From Gammaproteobacteria bacterium (GTDB lineage: Bacteria; Pseudomonadota; Gammaproteobacteria; Thiohalomonadales; Thiohalomonadaceae), in the NCBI GenBank assembly GCA_015231435.1, contig JADGBN010000002.1, positions 1 to 61,698 on the forward strand: a stretch of 61,698 nucleotides of DNA, in the 5' to 3' direction. Positions 43,616 through 56,652 of the stretch are shown here, one piece after another; within the stretch, counting starts at the first letter, position 1; every line of letters begins with the position of its first letter. Under the pieces are notes generated by a model. It was given only the letters and a program-made list of their open reading frames with translations. It searched no databases and had not been told where the DNA came from. The position numbers and the translations under genes are program-made.

Positions 43616-44466
43616 CCTAGGGTGACCAATAGTGCTAGGGTAAAGAGCGGTGCGGCTGCCGTAAAGCTGTCTATCCGATCCAGCACACCACCATGACCAG
43701 GAAGAATATGACCACTATCTTTTACCCCAACGATACGTTTGTACATACTCTCAAACAGATCGCCAACTATCGAGACGGGAATGATCACCGCGACAATAAG
43801 CAGCAAGCTGAAGAGCGGTGGCATTGAGATGGGCTGCTGCGCCACCATCCAACTGGCAAAAAGAGCCGCGACCAGCATTGCCAACAGCCAGCCCCCGACG
43901 GCTCCTTCAATACTTTTTCCCGGTGAGACTGCGCTCGCCAGCTTATGCCGTCCCCAACGTCTGCCAGCAAAGTAGGCGCCAATATCGGCACCCCAAATAA
44001 TTAACAAGAGAAGAAGAAGATAATAGGAACCCAACAGCGGATGACGCAGCAGCACCAGCACCCCCGCCCAGGCAGGTAACAGCACGAGAAGTCCGGTAAC
44101 AAAACGCCCGTAACGGCTACTTTGCAGCAGTGACAAACGGGTGGGGTAACTGAGTAAGCGTTTAAAGGCGACGCCCCAAAAGAGCAGCGCTAACCACAGC
44201 AGCCACTCTAACTGCGCCAGTGGCAAAAAATAGATGGCCAGCAGCAGCAGGGTTCCCAGCGCAAAAAAGGGGAGACGCAGCGATTGGGATGGTGATGTCG
44301 AGGGGGATGGCTTATCGCCGATAAAACTCCCCCACTCCCACAATGCCGGCAGCAGAACCAAACCCAGCACTATTGCCAGTAGCGTCGGCTGCAACCAGAG
44401 CAGACCAGCCACCACCAGTGGGGCCAGCAGCAGCGCAGTTAAAATCCGCTGCATCAGCGCGCTCAA
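43612..44466 (-). CDS. cdsA: Phosphatidate cytidylyltransferase
   Basis: 284-aa polytopic ORF. C-terminal signature [28 protein letters not shown]. Confidence 0.9.
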   Translation of the reverse strand: MSALMQRILTALLLAPLVVAGLLWLQPTLLAIVLGLVLLPALWEWGSFIGDKPSPSTSPSQSLRLPFFALGTLLLLAIYFLPLAQLEWLLWLALLFWGVAFKRLLSYPTRLSLLQSSRYGRFVTGLLVLLPAWAGVLVLLRHPLLGSYYLLLLLLIIWGADIGAYFAGRRWGRHKLASAVSPGKSIEGAVGGWLLAMLVAALFASWMVAQQPISMPPLFSLLLIVAVIIPVSIVGDLFESMYKRIVGVKDSGHILPGHGGVLDRIDSFTAAAPLFTLALLVTLG

Positions 44467-45203
44467 CCCGCCGCTTCCTCGACCTGTTCACTGGTTCGCC
44501 CAAAACGGCGCTGCCGCTGACTGTATGACGCCACTGCCCGCTGCAACGATTCGCCATTAAACTCCGGCCAGAGCTCTTTGGTAAAGTAGAGTTCGGTATA
44601 GGCCAGTTGCCAAAGAAGAAAGTTGCTAATCCGCTCTTCACCGCCGGTGCGAATAAAGAGATCAGGTTCTGGCAGATCCGCAAGGGAGAGCGCCGCCGCC
44701 AGCAGATCGCTGTTAATCTCCTCCACCTGCAGACTCCCCAACTTAACCCGCAGCGCCAGCTGTTGACACGCCTGGACAATATCCCAGCGCCCGCCATAGT
44801 TGGCGGCAATATTTAAGGCGAGGCGTTCGTTATCTCTGGTGAGCGCCTCGGCGTTCACAATACGCTGCTGCAACTCCTCGGGAAAAGCGGCAAGATCACC
44901 AACCACCCGCAGACGCACCCCATTTTTATGGAGTTTTTTCACTTCGCGATCCAGCGCGGTCATAAAGAGCTTCATTAACAGCCCGACCTCTTCCGCAGGA
45001 CGGCGCCAATTTTCGCTGCTAAAGGCAAAGAGCGTCAGTGCCTCAATACCATCTTCAATACATTTTTTAACTACCTGACGCACCGACTCCATACCGCTCT
45101 GATGTCCGGCAAAGCGGGGCAACAGCCGCTGCCGCGCCCAGCGACCATTACCATCCATAATAATCGCAATATGACGGGGCAACTTGTCAGCATGGCTGCT
45201 CAC
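44463..45203 (-). CDS. uppS: Ditrans,polycis-undecaprenyl-diphosphate synthase
   Basis: 246 aa. [13 protein letters not shown], and FSSENWRRP. Confidence 0.9.
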   Translation of the reverse strand: MSSHADKLPRHIAIIMDGNGRWARQRLLPRFAGHQSGMESVRQVVKKCIEDGIEALTLFAFSSENWRRPAEEVGLLMKLFMTALDREVKKLHKNGVRLRVVGDLAAFPEELQQRIVNAEALTRDNERLALNIAANYGGRWDIVQACQQLALRVKLGSLQVEEINSDLLAAALSLADLPEPDLFIRTGGEERISNFLLWQLAYTELYFTKELWPEFNGESLQRAVASYSQRQRRFGRTSEQVEEAAG

Positions 45204-45316
45204 AGCAGTTTAGCCATAGCAGCAACGACCCGCACCCGAAACGCTGGCGCACTTAACAGAGTTAAACAGGGCAATGGCCGCAAATAGTTCATGAAGCGTA
45301 TGAAGTAGTCTGACGA

Positions 45317-45874
45317 CTAAATCTCCATTAACTCCTTCTCTTTGATGGCCACCATACTGTCGATGGTAGCGATATGCGCATCGGTCAGTTTCTGCACCCG
45401 ATCCTCGGCACCATGGGCCTCATCTTCACTCACAGATTTCTCTTTTAACAGCGACTTAATGTCGGCATTGGCGTCACGGCGAATATTGCGCACCGCAACC
45501 TTGGCACCCTCCCCCTCATTTTTAACCACCCGAATCAGGTCACGACGACGCTCTTCGGTTAACGCGGGCATGGGGATACGCAGCACCGAACCCGACACCG
45601 CAGGGTTAAGCCCTAAATCAGAGGTGATAATCGCCTTCTCTACCACCTTCACCATACTCTTCTCCCACGGCGTGACCGACAGGGTGCGTGAATCCTCAAC
45701 ATTAATATTCGCAACCTGACTAATCGGCAGGTTAGACCCGTAATAATCAACATGAATATGATCAAGAATTGAGGGGTGAGCACGTCCAGTACGAATTTTT
45801 GCCAACTCATGCTTTAACGTCTCTTCACTCTTCACCATGCGCTGCTGCGCATCTTTTTCAATTTCTTTAAGCAT
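45317..45874 (-). CDS. frr: Ribosome recycling factor
   Basis: 185 aa from ATG 45874 ([13 protein letters not shown]...), colinear with E. coli Frr. The track start at 45892 is an upstream extension. Confidence 0.9.
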   Translation of the reverse strand: MLKEIEKDAQQRMVKSEETLKHELAKIRTGRAHPSILDHIHVDYYGSNLPISQVANINVEDSRTLSVTPWEKSMVKVVEKAIITSDLGLNPAVSGSVLRIPMPALTEERRRDLIRVVKNEGEGAKVAVRNIRRDANADIKSLLKEKSVSEDEAHGAEDRVQKLTDAHIATIDSMVAIKEKELMEI

Positions 45875-46607
45875 TACTCTCTCCACAATCAATCAAAGTA
45901 CCTTCCTGCTCACCGGTGATCACTCGCATCAGTGCCCCCGCTTTATTCATATTATAGACCCGCATCGGCAGACGGTTATCACGACACAACACAATTGCGG
46001 TTAAATCCATCACCCCTAAACGCCTGTCCAACACCTCGTCATAGGTCAGATGCGAGTAGAGCGTCGCATTTTTATCTTTTTTTGGGTCAGCGGAGTAGAC
46101 GCCATCCACCAGCGTTGCCTTAAGCACCAGATCAACCCGCGTCTCAATACCCCGCAGCGCCGCTGCCGAGTCTGTAGTGAAAAAGGGGTTACCGGTACCT
46201 GCCGCAAATATGACCACCCGCCCCTTTTCAAGATGGCGCAACGCACGACGGCGGATGTAATCCTCACACATTTGATGAATCGGCAGCGCCGACATCACTC
46301 TAACGGTCAGTCCCTGTCGCTCCAGACCATCCTGTAACGACAGAGCATTTATCACCGTAGCCAACATACCGATATGGTCAGCATTGGCGCGCTCCATTCC
46401 CGAGGAGGAGAGGCTGACGCCACGAAATATATTACCACCCCCGACAACAAGCCCCACTTCGACACCAGCTGCAGCTATCGCCGCTATTTCACTGGCAATG
46501 CGGGTGATCACCCCGGTATCAATACCGAATGCCTTATCACCCATTAATGCTTCGCCGCTCAATTTCAGCAGCACCCGTCGATATTTGTACTGTGTCGGGG
46601 TGGTCAT
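45867..46607 (-). CDS. pyrH: UMP kinase
   Basis: 246 aa. [13 protein letters not shown], and [10 protein letters not shown]. Confidence 0.95.
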   Translation of the reverse strand: MTTPTQYKYRRVLLKLSGEALMGDKAFGIDTGVITRIASEIAAIAAAGVEVGLVVGGGNIFRGVSLSSSGMERANADHIGMLATVINALSLQDGLERQGLTVRVMSALPIHQMCEDYIRRRALRHLEKGRVVIFAAGTGNPFFTTDSAAALRGIETRVDLVLKATLVDGVYSADPKKDKNATLYSHLTYDEVLDRRLGVMDLTAIVLCRDNRLPMRVYNMNKAGALMRVITGEQEGTLIDCGESNA

Positions 46608-46612
46608 CTTAT

Positions 46613-47485
46613 TTACCCTTTAATCTGAGCCATGACCTCGTCAGCAAAGTTTTCCTGCTTCTTCTCGATCCCTTCGCCAACTTCAAAACGCTCGAAGGCA
46701 ACGACCTCTGCCTTGGCTGCCTTTAACAGATCTTCAACAGTTTGATCAGGATCTTTAACAAAAGGCTGGCCGACTAAGGTCACCTCTTTGAGGAACTTTG
46801 CTACCCGACCCTCTACCATCTTCTCGATAATATTGGCGGGCTTACCACTCTCTGCCGCTTGCGCCATAAAGATCTCTTTCTCTTTAGCGATAAGCTCAGG
46901 GGAGACTTCCGCTGCCGAAATTGCCGTCGGACGACTCGCAGCCACATGCATAGCGATATCTTTGGCCAGTGTCTCATTGCCACCCTTGAGCACCACAACC
47001 ACGCCAATACGGCTACCGTGCATATAGGTGCCGATCACCTCGCCATCGAGAATACGAAAACGACGCGCACTCATATTTTCGCCAATTTTAGCAATGAGAT
47101 TTTTTGTGGTGTTTTCCAAGGTCTCGCCACCCGCCATCGGGGCGGCCAAAAGCGCACTCATATCGGCTGGTTTCTGAGTCAGAACCTGGTTTGCGATATC
47201 ATTAACAAAGTTAATAAAATCATCGCCTTTAGTGACAAAGTCAGTTTCGCAATTAACCTCAACTATCGCTGCGGTACGACCACTCTCACTCACCTTAATG
47301 CTCACCAAACCCTCGGCAGCGATACGACCGGCCTTTTTATCAGCCTTAGCCATGCCACTTTTACGCATCGCCTCAATAGCCGCTTCAATATCACCGTCAC
47401 ACTCAACTAACGCCCGCTTACACTCCATCATGCCGGCGCCAGTGCGCTCACGCAGGTCTTTTACCTGGGCAGCTGTTATTGCCAT
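46613..47485 (-). CDS. tsf: Translation elongation factor Ts
   Basis: 290 aa. [26 protein letters not shown]. Confidence 0.95.
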   Translation of the reverse strand: MAITAAQVKDLRERTGAGMMECKRALVECDGDIEAAIEAMRKSGMAKADKKAGRIAAEGLVSIKVSESGRTAAIVEVNCETDFVTKGDDFINFVNDIANQVLTQKPADMSALLAAPMAGGETLENTTKNLIAKIGENMSARRFRILDGEVIGTYMHGSRIGVVVVLKGGNETLAKDIAMHVAASRPTAISAAEVSPELIAKEKEIFMAQAAESGKPANIIEKMVEGRVAKFLKEVTLVGQPFVKDPDQTVEDLLKAAKAEVVAFERFEVGEGIEKKQENFADEVMAQIKG

Positions 47486-47525
47486 TGCTCTTTTTCCTTT
47501 AAATCATTATAAAATCAGACAACAA

Positions 47526-47552
47526 CCCGCACGCCAAACGTGGCAGTGCGGG
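47526..47552 (-). terminator. Stem-loop in the rpsB-tsf spacer (possible attenuator)
   Basis: CCCGCAC...GTGCGGG 7-bp stem followed on the minus strand by a partly T-rich run. Confidence 0.3.
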
Positions 47553-47568
47553 TTATCTATTTCGCTAG

Positions 47569-48327
47569 TTAAGCGGCAGGTGCCTGCGCAGCCACTTCAG
47601 TCACCTCAACAAAATCATCAGCACGACTGCTGTTGATCTGATTGGCAACGGTACGCCCTTCGGTGACTGCATCTGCAAAACCACGGGCAAAGAGAGTAAT
47701 CGAACGAATCGAGTCGTCATTGCCGGGAATAATATAGTCAACACCATCAGGGGAGTTATTGGTATCCACCACCGCCACCACGGGAATACCCAGCTTGTTG
47801 GCTTCGCTAATGGCAATCTTCTCATGCCCGACATCCATGACAAAAATCGCATCCGGCAGACCATGCATATCTTTAATACCACCAAGGCTACGCTGCAGCT
47901 TCTCAAGCTCACGCTTCTGCATCAGCCCCTCTTTTTTGGAGAAGCGGCTCAATGAACCCTCCTGCTCCATCTGCTCCAGCTCTTTAAGGCGGGCAATGGA
48001 CTGTTTGACAGTTTTAAAGTTGGTCAACATACCGCCCAGCCAGCGATGGTTAACAAAAGGCATTCCACAACGGGCAGCCTCTTCACTAATCACCTCCCGC
48101 GCCTGACGCTTGGTACCGACAAAAAGAACGGTGCCACGCTTGGCAGCCACTTTAGAGATAAAGTTAACCGCATCCTGATAGAGTGGCAGGCTCTTTTCGA
48201 GGTTAACAATATGAATTTTATTACGAGCACCAAAAATATAGGGCCCCATTTTGGGGTTCCAGTAGCGGGCCTGGTGACCGAAATGAACACCCGCTTCAAG
48301 CATATCGCGCATAGAGACATTAGCCAT
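47569..48327 (-). CDS. rpsB: 30S ribosomal protein S2
   Basis: 252 aa. [27 protein letters not shown]. Confidence 0.95.
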   Translation of the reverse strand: MANVSMRDMLEAGVHFGHQARYWNPKMGPYIFGARNKIHIVNLEKSLPLYQDAVNFISKVAAKRGTVLFVGTKRQAREVISEEAARCGMPFVNHRWLGGMLTNFKTVKQSIARLKELEQMEQEGSLSRFSKKEGLMQKRELEKLQRSLGGIKDMHGLPDAIFVMDVGHEKIAISEANKLGIPVVAVVDTNNSPDGVDYIIPGNDDSIRSITLFARGFADAVTEGRTVANQINSSRADDFVEVTEVAAQAPAA

Positions 48328-48460
48328 TAAGAATGGACTCCTGATTTAGTTGGGTTTAACCGCCAGACATCCCATCATCCAACCACGCAATAAAGGTGGC
48401 ACCCGGGTGATGTGTCGATACCTGTGTGAGTTTATCCCGCAGCAGCGCCACGGGGCGTGC

Positions 48461-48471
48461 TTTATACCACA
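48461..48471 (-). promoter_or_regulatory. Extended -10 promoter element TGTGGTATAAA for rpsB-tsf
   Basis: The minus strand reads TGTGGTATAAA about 135 nt upstream of the rpsB ATG. As I recall, this extended -10 is conserved in gammaproteobacterial rpsB promoters, followed by a long structured leader. Confidence 0.5.
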
Positions 48472-48643
48472 AAACCCGCTTTTTACCTAGCAGCAATCGC
48501 GGCGACATGCCCCCCCGCAAGAGAAAACAACCGAGTGAAGCGCAGGTGCAGACAAGGATCTCTTTTCTTTTGCGTTTTTTATTATCTTCATGGTTAAAAT
48601 AGCCCTCACCTAGCCCATTTCGCCTCACCGCAGAGAGAACATC

Positions 48644-48860
48644 ATGCCCCATAGCCACTACATTAATCTCTTTACCGATTTTGGCTTTAAGAAGATTTTC
48701 GGTGAGGAGCAGAGTAAGCCCAATCTCATTAGCTTTCTCAATACCCTGCTGCCGCCTAAGCACCATATTGCTGAACTGACTTTTAACAAAAGCGAGCAGT
48801 TAGGGGCATCTGTACTTGACCGTAAGGCGATTTTTGACCTTAACTGCATTAGCGATAGCG
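48644..48860 (+). pseudogene. 5' stub of an Rpn/PD-(D/E)XK 'putative transposase' family gene
   Basis: MPHSHYINLFTDFGFKKIFGEEQSKPNLISFLNTLLP...DRKAIFDLNC matches the conserved N-terminus of this ~290-aa family. Similarity stops after about 72 aa. Confidence 0.6.
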
Positions 48861-48962
48861 CCTGCTTTTCTTCTGATTATGCGGTCTATAGACGCGACAA
48901 TTACCCCGCTGAGTGACATGGTGAGGGTAACCGGGGATGACGATACGAGGTAAACGCGGCAT
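48849..48962 (-). pseudogene. 5' stub of a REP-associated tyrosine transposase (RAYT/IS200-like, COG1943) gene
   Basis: Own translation: MPRLPRIVIPGYPHHVTQRGNCRVYRPHNQKKSRRYR*. The first 21 aa match the LPRxxxPGxPHHVTQRGN N-terminus of this family; the remainder is unrelated. Too short to appear in the ORF track. Confidence 0.55.
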
Positions 48963-49022
48963 GCATGATCAATTAGCGATCAACTGTATTTAGTAAACTG
49001 TCACCATAATTGAGTTTTACGC

Positions 49023-49054
49023 AAAAAAAACCCCGGCGCACCGGGGTTTTTGTT
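49023..49054. terminator. Bidirectional intrinsic terminator downstream of fba
   Basis: AAAAAAAA-CCCCGG-cgca-CCGGGG-TTTTTGTTTTT, 20 nt from the fba stop. Confidence 0.8.
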
Positions 49055-49073
49055 TTTAAGGTTTTACCGTTGC

Positions 49074-50138
49074 CTAGTTGATCTTTGGCGCGAGTTTACC
49101 TGCCTCATACTGGCTAAACATAATTTCCAGTGAGATTGGCTTTATTTTTGACGCCATTCCCGCTGAGCCAAACGCTTCGTAGCGTGCTTTGCAGATGCCG
49201 CTCATCGCTTTGGTCGCCTCTTTAAGGAACTTGCGTGGATCAAAGTTGCTCGGTGAATCGTGCAGGTGCTTGCGAATTGAGCCGGTTGAGGCCATCCGCA
49301 GATCGGTGTCGATGTTGACTTTACGCACGCCGGACTTAATCCCTTCGACAATCTCTTCAACAGGTACGCCATAGGTCTGCCCCATGTCGCCGCCATAGTT
49401 ATTGATAATCGCCAGCCAGTCCTGAGGTACGGATGAAGAGCCATGCATGACCAGATGGGTATTGGGAATGCGGGCGTTGATCTCTTTAATACGGTCAATA
49501 CGGAGAATTTCACCGGTTGGCTTTTTGGTGAACTTATAGGCACCGTGCGAGGTTCCGATGGCAATCGCCAGCGCATCGACCTTGGTCTGCTTGACAAAAT
49601 CAGCTGCCTGCTCGGGATCTGTCAGCAGCATATCTAGGTCGAGCTTACCTTCCGCACCATGGCCATCCTCTTCACCCATCTCACCGGTCTCCAGCGAACC
49701 GAGGCAGCCCAGCTCACCCTCAACGGAGACACCGCAAGAGTGTGCCATATCCACAACGCGACGGGTGACGTCAATATTGTACTCATAGCTGGAGGGGGTT
49801 TTACCGTCACTCATTAGCGAGCCGTCCATCATCACCGAGCTAAAGCCCGATTGAATGGAACGTGCACAAACTGCAGGCGATGCGCCGTGATCCTGATGCA
49901 TGACGACCGGAATATGGGGGTACTGCTCAATTGCCGCGATAATCAGATGGCGCAGAAAGGGTTCACCTGCATAGTTACGCGCACCCGCTGAGCCCTGCAG
50001 AATGACCGGACTATCGACCGCATCAGCAGCCATCATGATCGCCTGTACCTGCTCCATGTTATTAACGTTAAAAGCAGGCAGACCATAACCGTGCTCTGCT
50101 GCGTGATCCAACAGTTGACGCATTGATACCAAAGCCAT
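49074..50138 (-). CDS. fba: Class II fructose-1,6-bisphosphate aldolase (CbbA-type length)
   Basis: 354 aa. [40 protein letters not shown]. Confidence 0.9.
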   Translation of the reverse strand: MALVSMRQLLDHAAEHGYGLPAFNVNNMEQVQAIMMAADAVDSPVILQGSAGARNYAGEPFLRHLIIAAIEQYPHIPVVMHQDHGASPAVCARSIQSGFSSVMMDGSLMSDGKTPSSYEYNIDVTRRVVDMAHSCGVSVEGELGCLGSLETGEMGEEDGHGAEGKLDLDMLLTDPEQAADFVKQTKVDALAIAIGTSHGAYKFTKKPTGEILRIDRIKEINARIPNTHLVMHGSSSVPQDWLAIINNYGGDMGQTYGVPVEEIVEGIKSGVRKVNIDTDLRMASTGSIRKHLHDSPSNFDPRKFLKEATKAMSGICKARYEAFGSAGMASKIKPISLEIMFSQYEAGKLAPKIN

Positions 50139-50194
50139 CTTGTACTCCTTAAATTAGATAAAAAAAGAAAAGTTGCTAAAAATTTGAGCGGTTA

Positions 50195-51634
50195 TTACAC
50201 CAGCTCGCCAACCCGAACGATTTTCATGGCGTTGGTTCCACCATGGACCCCCATCAGATCACCTTTGGTAATAATTACCAAATCACCATCCCGTACCGCC
50301 CCTCGCCGACGCAGTTCATCAATCGCCTCGCGATTCATGAGCGCATGGTCGGTAGTCAGGGTAGAGTCGAAACTCACCGGATAGACGCCACGATAAAGGG
50401 TCACCTTGCGCCGTGTCTCAACATGACGAGTCATCGCGTAAATCGGAATTAACGAGCTGATGCGCGACATCCACAACGTCGTTGATCCCGACTCGGTTAA
50501 CGCTGCAATCGCACGAACATTGAGGTGGTTGGCAATATACATGGAGGCCATGGCTATCGCCTCGTCGGTAAAATGAAACTCGGTGTGAATTCGGTGATCT
50601 GAAACCCTGGCGACACTCTGCTTCTCGGCCTCAAGACAGACGCGGTGCATCGCGGCGATCGCCTTGTCAGGATAACGCCCGGTAGCGGTCTCCGCCGAGA
50701 GCATCACCGCATCGGTACCATCAAGTACCGAGTTGGCAACATCAAAGACCTCCGCCCGCGTCGGGATCTGATTTTCGATCATCGACTCCATCATCTGAGT
50801 CGCGGTCATCACCACCCTGTTTTTGCAACGAGCGCGATGAATAATATCTTTTTGCACCGGCGGCAGCGCCGCATCACCGATTTCGACACCAAGATCACCA
50901 CGGGCAATCATCACTGCATCGGAGGCATCGATAATTTCATCGATCACCAGCAGCGCTTCAGCACGCTCTATTTTGGCAATAATACCGCCCTTGCCACCTG
51001 CCTCCTGCAACAATTGCCGTGCCAGATGAATATCCGCCGCTGATCGCGGAAAGGAGACAGCAACGTAGTCCGCCTCCATCGCCGCAGCGGTACGAATATC
51101 GGCGCGATCCTTGTCGGTTAGCGCAGCGGCTGAGAGGCCGCCACCCTGGAGGTTAATCCCCTTACGGTTAGAGAGTCTTCCCCCGACCACGACACGACAG
51201 TGCACCGCACTCCCTTCGACATGATCAACCCAAAGTACCAGACGACCATCATCAAGCAGGAGATTATCACCACGCTTCACATCATGAGGCAGATCGGCAT
51301 AGGAGACGGCAACACCCCGCTCATCACCATTATTGACATCAAACTGCGTATCGAGAAAGAAGGTGTCTCCCTCTTTGAGTTCAACTTTGCCTTCGCGAAA
51401 CTTCTCAATACGAATTTTCGGCCCCTGCAGATCACAGAGTACGCCGATCTGCCGTCCGTGTGCCGATGCGCGATCGCGCACCCGTTCGGCTCGCGCAATA
51501 TGTTCGGCATCGGTACCGTGGGAGAAGTTAATCCGCACCACATCGACGCCCGCCTCAATGATCTTGTCCAGCACCCCCGGATCATCTGTCGCAGGGCCGA
51601 GGGTGGCCACTATCTTGGTACGCCGTTGGTTCAC
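50195..51634 (-). CDS. pyk: Pyruvate kinase
   Basis: 479 aa. RRTKIVATLGPAT, MIARGDLGVEI. Confidence 0.9.
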   Translation of the reverse strand: MNQRRTKIVATLGPATDDPGVLDKIIEAGVDVVRINFSHGTDAEHIARAERVRDRASAHGRQIGVLCDLQGPKIRIEKFREGKVELKEGDTFFLDTQFDVNNGDERGVAVSYADLPHDVKRGDNLLLDDGRLVLWVDHVEGSAVHCRVVVGGRLSNRKGINLQGGGLSAAALTDKDRADIRTAAAMEADYVAVSFPRSAADIHLARQLLQEAGGKGGIIAKIERAEALLVIDEIIDASDAVMIARGDLGVEIGDAALPPVQKDIIHRARCKNRVVMTATQMMESMIENQIPTRAEVFDVANSVLDGTDAVMLSAETATGRYPDKAIAAMHRVCLEAEKQSVARVSDHRIHTEFHFTDEAIAMASMYIANHLNVRAIAALTESGSTTLWMSRISSLIPIYAMTRHVETRRKVTLYRGVYPVSFDSTLTTDHALMNREAIDELRRRGAVRDGDLVIITKGDLMGVHGGTNAMKIVRVGELV

Positions 51635-51674
51635 AGACGCACTCCAGCGACGTTAGCGGTGATCAGCAGCACAA

Positions 51675-52856
51675 TTAGCGCTTCGCACACGCCTCAAGCA
51701 TCGCCACTGCCGGCAAGGTTTTACCCTCTAAGTATTCGAGGAAAGCACCGCCTGCGGTAGAGATGTAACTTATTTTGTCATAAATGTCATACTTCTGAAT
51801 CGCGGCAATGGTGTCACCGCCACCCGCCAGAGAGAAACCTTTGGCATTGGCTATCGCCATCGCAACGGTTTTTGTCCCTTCACCAAACTGGTCAAACTCA
51901 AACACACCGACGGGTCCGTTCCAGACGATGGTTCCAGCATTGGCGATAATCTCAGCAAGTTCTGCCGCAGATTTTGGGCCAATATCAAAAATCAGGTCGT
52001 CATCCTCAACATCTGCGGCATTTTTCAGAGTCGCTGCGGCACTTTCACTAAACTCTTTGCCACAGACAACGTCAACCGCAATCGGGATATTGGCACCACG
52101 CGCCTTCATCTTCTCAATCAGTGCTTTGGCGGTATCCACCAAGTCATCCTCGCAAAGTGATTTTCCAACATTGTGGCCCATCGCTTTAAGGAAAGTGTTG
52201 GCAATGCCACCGCCGACGACCATCTGATCAACCTTCTCTGCCAACGCCTCAAGCACGGTGAGTTTGGTAGAGACTTTAGAACCGCCAACAATTGCCACCA
52301 TCGGACGCGCCGGATTGGCTAACGCCTTACCCAGTGCATCAAGCTCCTCGGCGAGCAGCAGGCCGGCGCAAGCGGTGGGGGCAAACTTGCCAGCACCGTG
52401 GGTGGAGGCCTGGGCCCGGTGTGCCGTACCAAAAGCATCCATGACAAAAACATCACACAGGGCTGCATAACGTTTGGCTAGCGCTTCGTTATCTTTCTTT
52501 TCACCCGCATTAAAACGGACGTTTTCAAACAGGACAACTTCACCTTCAGCAACACTAAAGTCGCCATCAAGATAATCCTTAATTAGACGAACCTCTTTTC
52601 CGAGCTTGCGGCTCATATCTGCAGCGATCGGGGCCATTGAGTTCTCGTCATCCACCTTACCCTCTTCAGGGCGGCCACGATGCGACATGACCTGCACCTT
52701 GGCACCGGCTTTCATACAATATTCTATGGTAGGCATCGAGGCGGTGATCCGCGCATCAGAGGTTACCTGGCCATTTTTTACCGGCACGTTAAGATCAGCA
52801 CGAATCAGAACCCGTTTACCGGCAAGGTCAAGATCGGTCAACTTGATGAAAGACAT
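51675..52856 (-). CDS. pgk: Phosphoglycerate kinase
   Basis: 393 aa. [12 protein letters not shown], and [19 protein letters not shown]. Confidence 0.95.
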   Translation of the reverse strand: MSFIKLTDLDLAGKRVLIRADLNVPVKNGQVTSDARITASMPTIEYCMKAGAKVQVMSHRGRPEEGKVDDENSMAPIAADMSRKLGKEVRLIKDYLDGDFSVAEGEVVLFENVRFNAGEKKDNEALAKRYAALCDVFVMDAFGTAHRAQASTHGAGKFAPTACAGLLLAEELDALGKALANPARPMVAIVGGSKVSTKLTVLEALAEKVDQMVVGGGIANTFLKAMGHNVGKSLCEDDLVDTAKALIEKMKARGANIPIAVDVVCGKEFSESAAATLKNAADVEDDDLIFDIGPKSAAELAEIIANAGTIVWNGPVGVFEFDQFGEGTKTVAMAIANAKGFSLAGGGDTIAAIQKYDIYDKISYISTAGGAFLEYLEGKTLPAVAMLEACAKR

Positions 52857-52895
52857 GAATAAAACTCCTCAGAACAGATATTGAAGGGAAAAACG

Positions 52896-52936
52896 GTCTG
52901 CCAAACCTGACAACACTCCGCTGCGACTTGGCAGAC
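52896..52936 (-). terminator. Stem-loop in the gap-pgk spacer (possible attenuator)
   Basis: GTCTGCCAA / TTGGCAGAC 9-bp stem with a 23-nt loop. On the minus strand it is followed by CGTTTTTCC. Confidence 0.25.
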
Positions 52937-52998
52937 AGCTCTTGTGATGGTTAGAGACTGCCCCCTACACAAGGAGGCAGCCCCTACCAGTTTAGCTT

Positions 52999-54006
<1,008 letters not shown>

Positions 54007-54057
54007 ACTTTTCTCCTGTCTATTGAATAATAAATTGCTAACTTCAGTATTCTACGC

Positions 54058-56043
54058 CTAGAGCGACTCAACCGTCTTGACAACATTCTCAACGGTGAAA
54101 CCAAACTCTTTAAAGAGCAGACCAGCAGGTGCCGACTCACCGAAGCGATCAAGTCCAATCACCGCCCCATCAAGACCGACATATTTGTACCAGCCATCGG
54201 TTACGCCTGCCTCAATGGCAACACGCTTGCAACCTGCGGGCAGGACGCTCTGACGGTAAGCCGCATCCTGGGCATCGAAAACGTTGGTACTGGGCATCGA
54301 GACCACACGCACCGCCTTCCCCTTCTCCTGAAGTGCTGTCTGAGCTTTTAGCGCCAGCTCAACTTCTGAACCGGTGGCAATAAGAGTCACCTCGGGTGCC
54401 CCGGTACAATCGGAAATCACGTAACCGCCACGGCTGATATCGGCCACTTGTGCAGCAGTGCGGGCAACAAAGGGGAGGTTCTGCCGCGAAAGAATCAAGC
54501 AGCTTGGACCACTGCTCTTCTCTACAGAGCGCGCCCACGCCACCAGTGTCTCGGTGGTGTCACAGGGACGCCAAACCGTCATATTGGGGATCATCCGCAG
54601 GGTTGCTGTCTGCTCTACCGGTTGATGCGTCGGGCCATCCTCACCAAGACCGATAGAGTCGTGGGTAAAGACATAGACCACACGCTGCTTCATTAACGCC
54701 GACATCCGCAGGGCGTTACGCGCGTACTCGGAGAACATCAGGAAGGTGGAGCCATAGGGGAAGATGCCGCCATGCAGTGCCATACCATTCATAATGTGTG
54801 ACATGCCGAACTCACGCACCCCGTAGGAGATATGATTCCCCCACGCCTTGCGTCCCAGCGACACACACCCTTTCCAGTTGGTGAGGTTGGAACCGGTCAG
54901 ATCTGCTGAACCACCGACGCGCTCCGGCAGCGTTGAAACCAGACGCTCAATTGCCAGTTGTGACGCTTTACGGGTGGCGACTGTCTCGGCGCCATCAAGG
55001 GTGATTTTCATCGCAGCATCAACACGCGCTGACCAGTCATCCGGCAGTCTGCCCGCCATACGCCGCTCAAACTCTGCAGCGAGTTCAGGATAAGCTGCCT
55101 TATAGGCGGCAAACTTGCTGTTCCAGGCAGTCTCAGCAGCCGATCCCTTAGCCTTACCGTCCCATCCGGCATAGACCTCTGCAGGAATTTCAAAGGGGGG
55201 ATAGTTCCAGCCAAGTTGGGCGCGGGTAGCGGCAATTTCGGCATCACCCAACGGTGCGCCGTGGCAGTCATGGCCACCCTGTTTGTTCGGGGAACCGAAG
55301 CCGATAATCGTTTTACAGCAGATAAGTGACGGTTTATCAGTCACTTTTTGCGCCTCGAGGATGGCAGCATCAATTGCAGCGGCATCGTGTCCATCAACAT
55401 CGCGCACCACATGCCAGCCATAGGCTTCAAAACGCGCGGGGGTGTCATCGGTAAACCAATCTTCAACATGGCCGTCGATCGAGATGCCATTGTCATCCCA
55501 GAAGGCGGTGAGTTTACCAAGATTCCAGGTACCTGCGAGCGAACACGCTTCGTGGGAGATACCCTCCATCATGCAACCGTCACCAAGGAACGCATAGGTG
55601 TTGTGGTTAACAACATCATGGCCTTCACGGTTGAACTCGGCACTTAACAGTTTTTCGGCCAGCGCCATACCAACGGCATTGGTGATCCCCTGACCGAGCG
55701 GGCCGGTGGTGGTCTCGATGCCAGGCGCATAGCCATACTCGGGGTGACCCGGGGTACGCGAGTGCAACTGACGGAAATTCTTAATATCTTCCATGCCCAG
55801 GTCATAGCCGGTGAGATGCAACAGAGAGTAGATAAGCATCGATCCGTGACCATTGGAGAGCACAAAGCGGTCACGATCAGCCCACTTCGGGTTGCCGGGA
55901 TTGTGTTTCAAGTGACCATTCCACAGCACCTCGGCGATATCCGCCATTCCCATCGGCGCACCCGGGTGGCCCGAATTGGCCTTCTGAACAGCGTCCATAC
56001 TCAGGGCACGAATCGCGTTGGCTAAATCTCTACGGCTTGGCAT
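54058..56043 (-). CDS. tkt: Transketolase
   Basis: 661 aa. [35 protein letters not shown]. Confidence 0.95.
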   Translation of the reverse strand: MPSRRDLANAIRALSMDAVQKANSGHPGAPMGMADIAEVLWNGHLKHNPGNPKWADRDRFVLSNGHGSMLIYSLLHLTGYDLGMEDIKNFRQLHSRTPGHPEYGYAPGIETTTGPLGQGITNAVGMALAEKLLSAEFNREGHDVVNHNTYAFLGDGCMMEGISHEACSLAGTWNLGKLTAFWDDNGISIDGHVEDWFTDDTPARFEAYGWHVVRDVDGHDAAAIDAAILEAQKVTDKPSLICCKTIIGFGSPNKQGGHDCHGAPLGDAEIAATRAQLGWNYPPFEIPAEVYAGWDGKAKGSAAETAWNSKFAAYKAAYPELAAEFERRMAGRLPDDWSARVDAAMKITLDGAETVATRKASQLAIERLVSTLPERVGGSADLTGSNLTNWKGCVSLGRKAWGNHISYGVREFGMSHIMNGMALHGGIFPYGSTFLMFSEYARNALRMSALMKQRVVYVFTHDSIGLGEDGPTHQPVEQTATLRMIPNMTVWRPCDTTETLVAWARSVEKSSGPSCLILSRQNLPFVARTAAQVADISRGGYVISDCTGAPEVTLIATGSEVELALKAQTALQEKGKAVRVVSMPSTNVFDAQDAAYRQSVLPAGCKRVAIEAGVTDGWYKYVGLDGAVIGLDRFGESAPAGLLFKEFGFTVENVVKTVESL

Positions 56044-56310
56044 TCACATCTCCTCAACTATCTGATAACAAAAATAAAAACCTTATTGTGTCCCTGTCTT
56101 GAGGCGCGGTTACCGTACCCTCTACAAAATGATTGCAAACCATTTTTAGATCATCATCCGAGTAACCCACCCGATAAAACATGAGAGGGTGCCTATTAAG
56201 ACATCCGCAATTCTCCACCATACGACGCCTTCGATCAATTAATATTATGTGACACCCCCATTAAACTACCTTGTGCAACTTAAAACTCTTTACTCCTCGG
56301 GAGACCCGCC

Positions 56311-56637
56311 ATGAACAGTCAAGACCGTCTTGAACAGCTACGCCTCGACCTCGCCGCCTTTGCCGCCGCACGCAACTGGGAACATTTTCACACCCCGAAA
56401 AATCTTTCGATGGCGCTCATTGTCGAAGCCGCTGAACTCGTTGAGCACTTTCAATGGGCGACCCCAGAGGAGAGCCAACACCCCGACAGCGATAAACTCG
56501 AGGAGATCCGTATGGAACTGGCGGATATTTTTATCTACCTCATTCGCATTGCCGATATGCTGAAGTTGGATCTGTTGCAGGCTGCCACAGAGAAGATGGC
56601 AATTAACCAGCAGCGCTTTCCGCCAACTGCTTCATAA
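56311..56637 (+). CDS. MazG-like nucleotide pyrophosphohydrolase (small, single-domain)
   Basis: 108 aa. FAAARNWEHFHTPKNLSMALIVEAAELVEHFQW...ELADIFIYLIRIAD, typical of the EExxE/ExxD helical bundle. Confidence 0.7.
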   Translation: MNSQDRLEQLRLDLAAFAAARNWEHFHTPKNLSMALIVEAAELVEHFQWATPEESQHPDSDKLEEIRMELADIFIYLIRIADMLKLDLLQAATEKMAINQQRFPPTAS

Positions 56638-56652
56638 GACAAGATGTTCGGC

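Noticed and set aside
48356-48766. 136-aa minus-strand ORF upstream of rpsB
   Set aside because: It overlaps the rpsB promoter/leader and runs antisense to the Rpn-like stub. The sequence has no family resemblance and is most likely non-coding.
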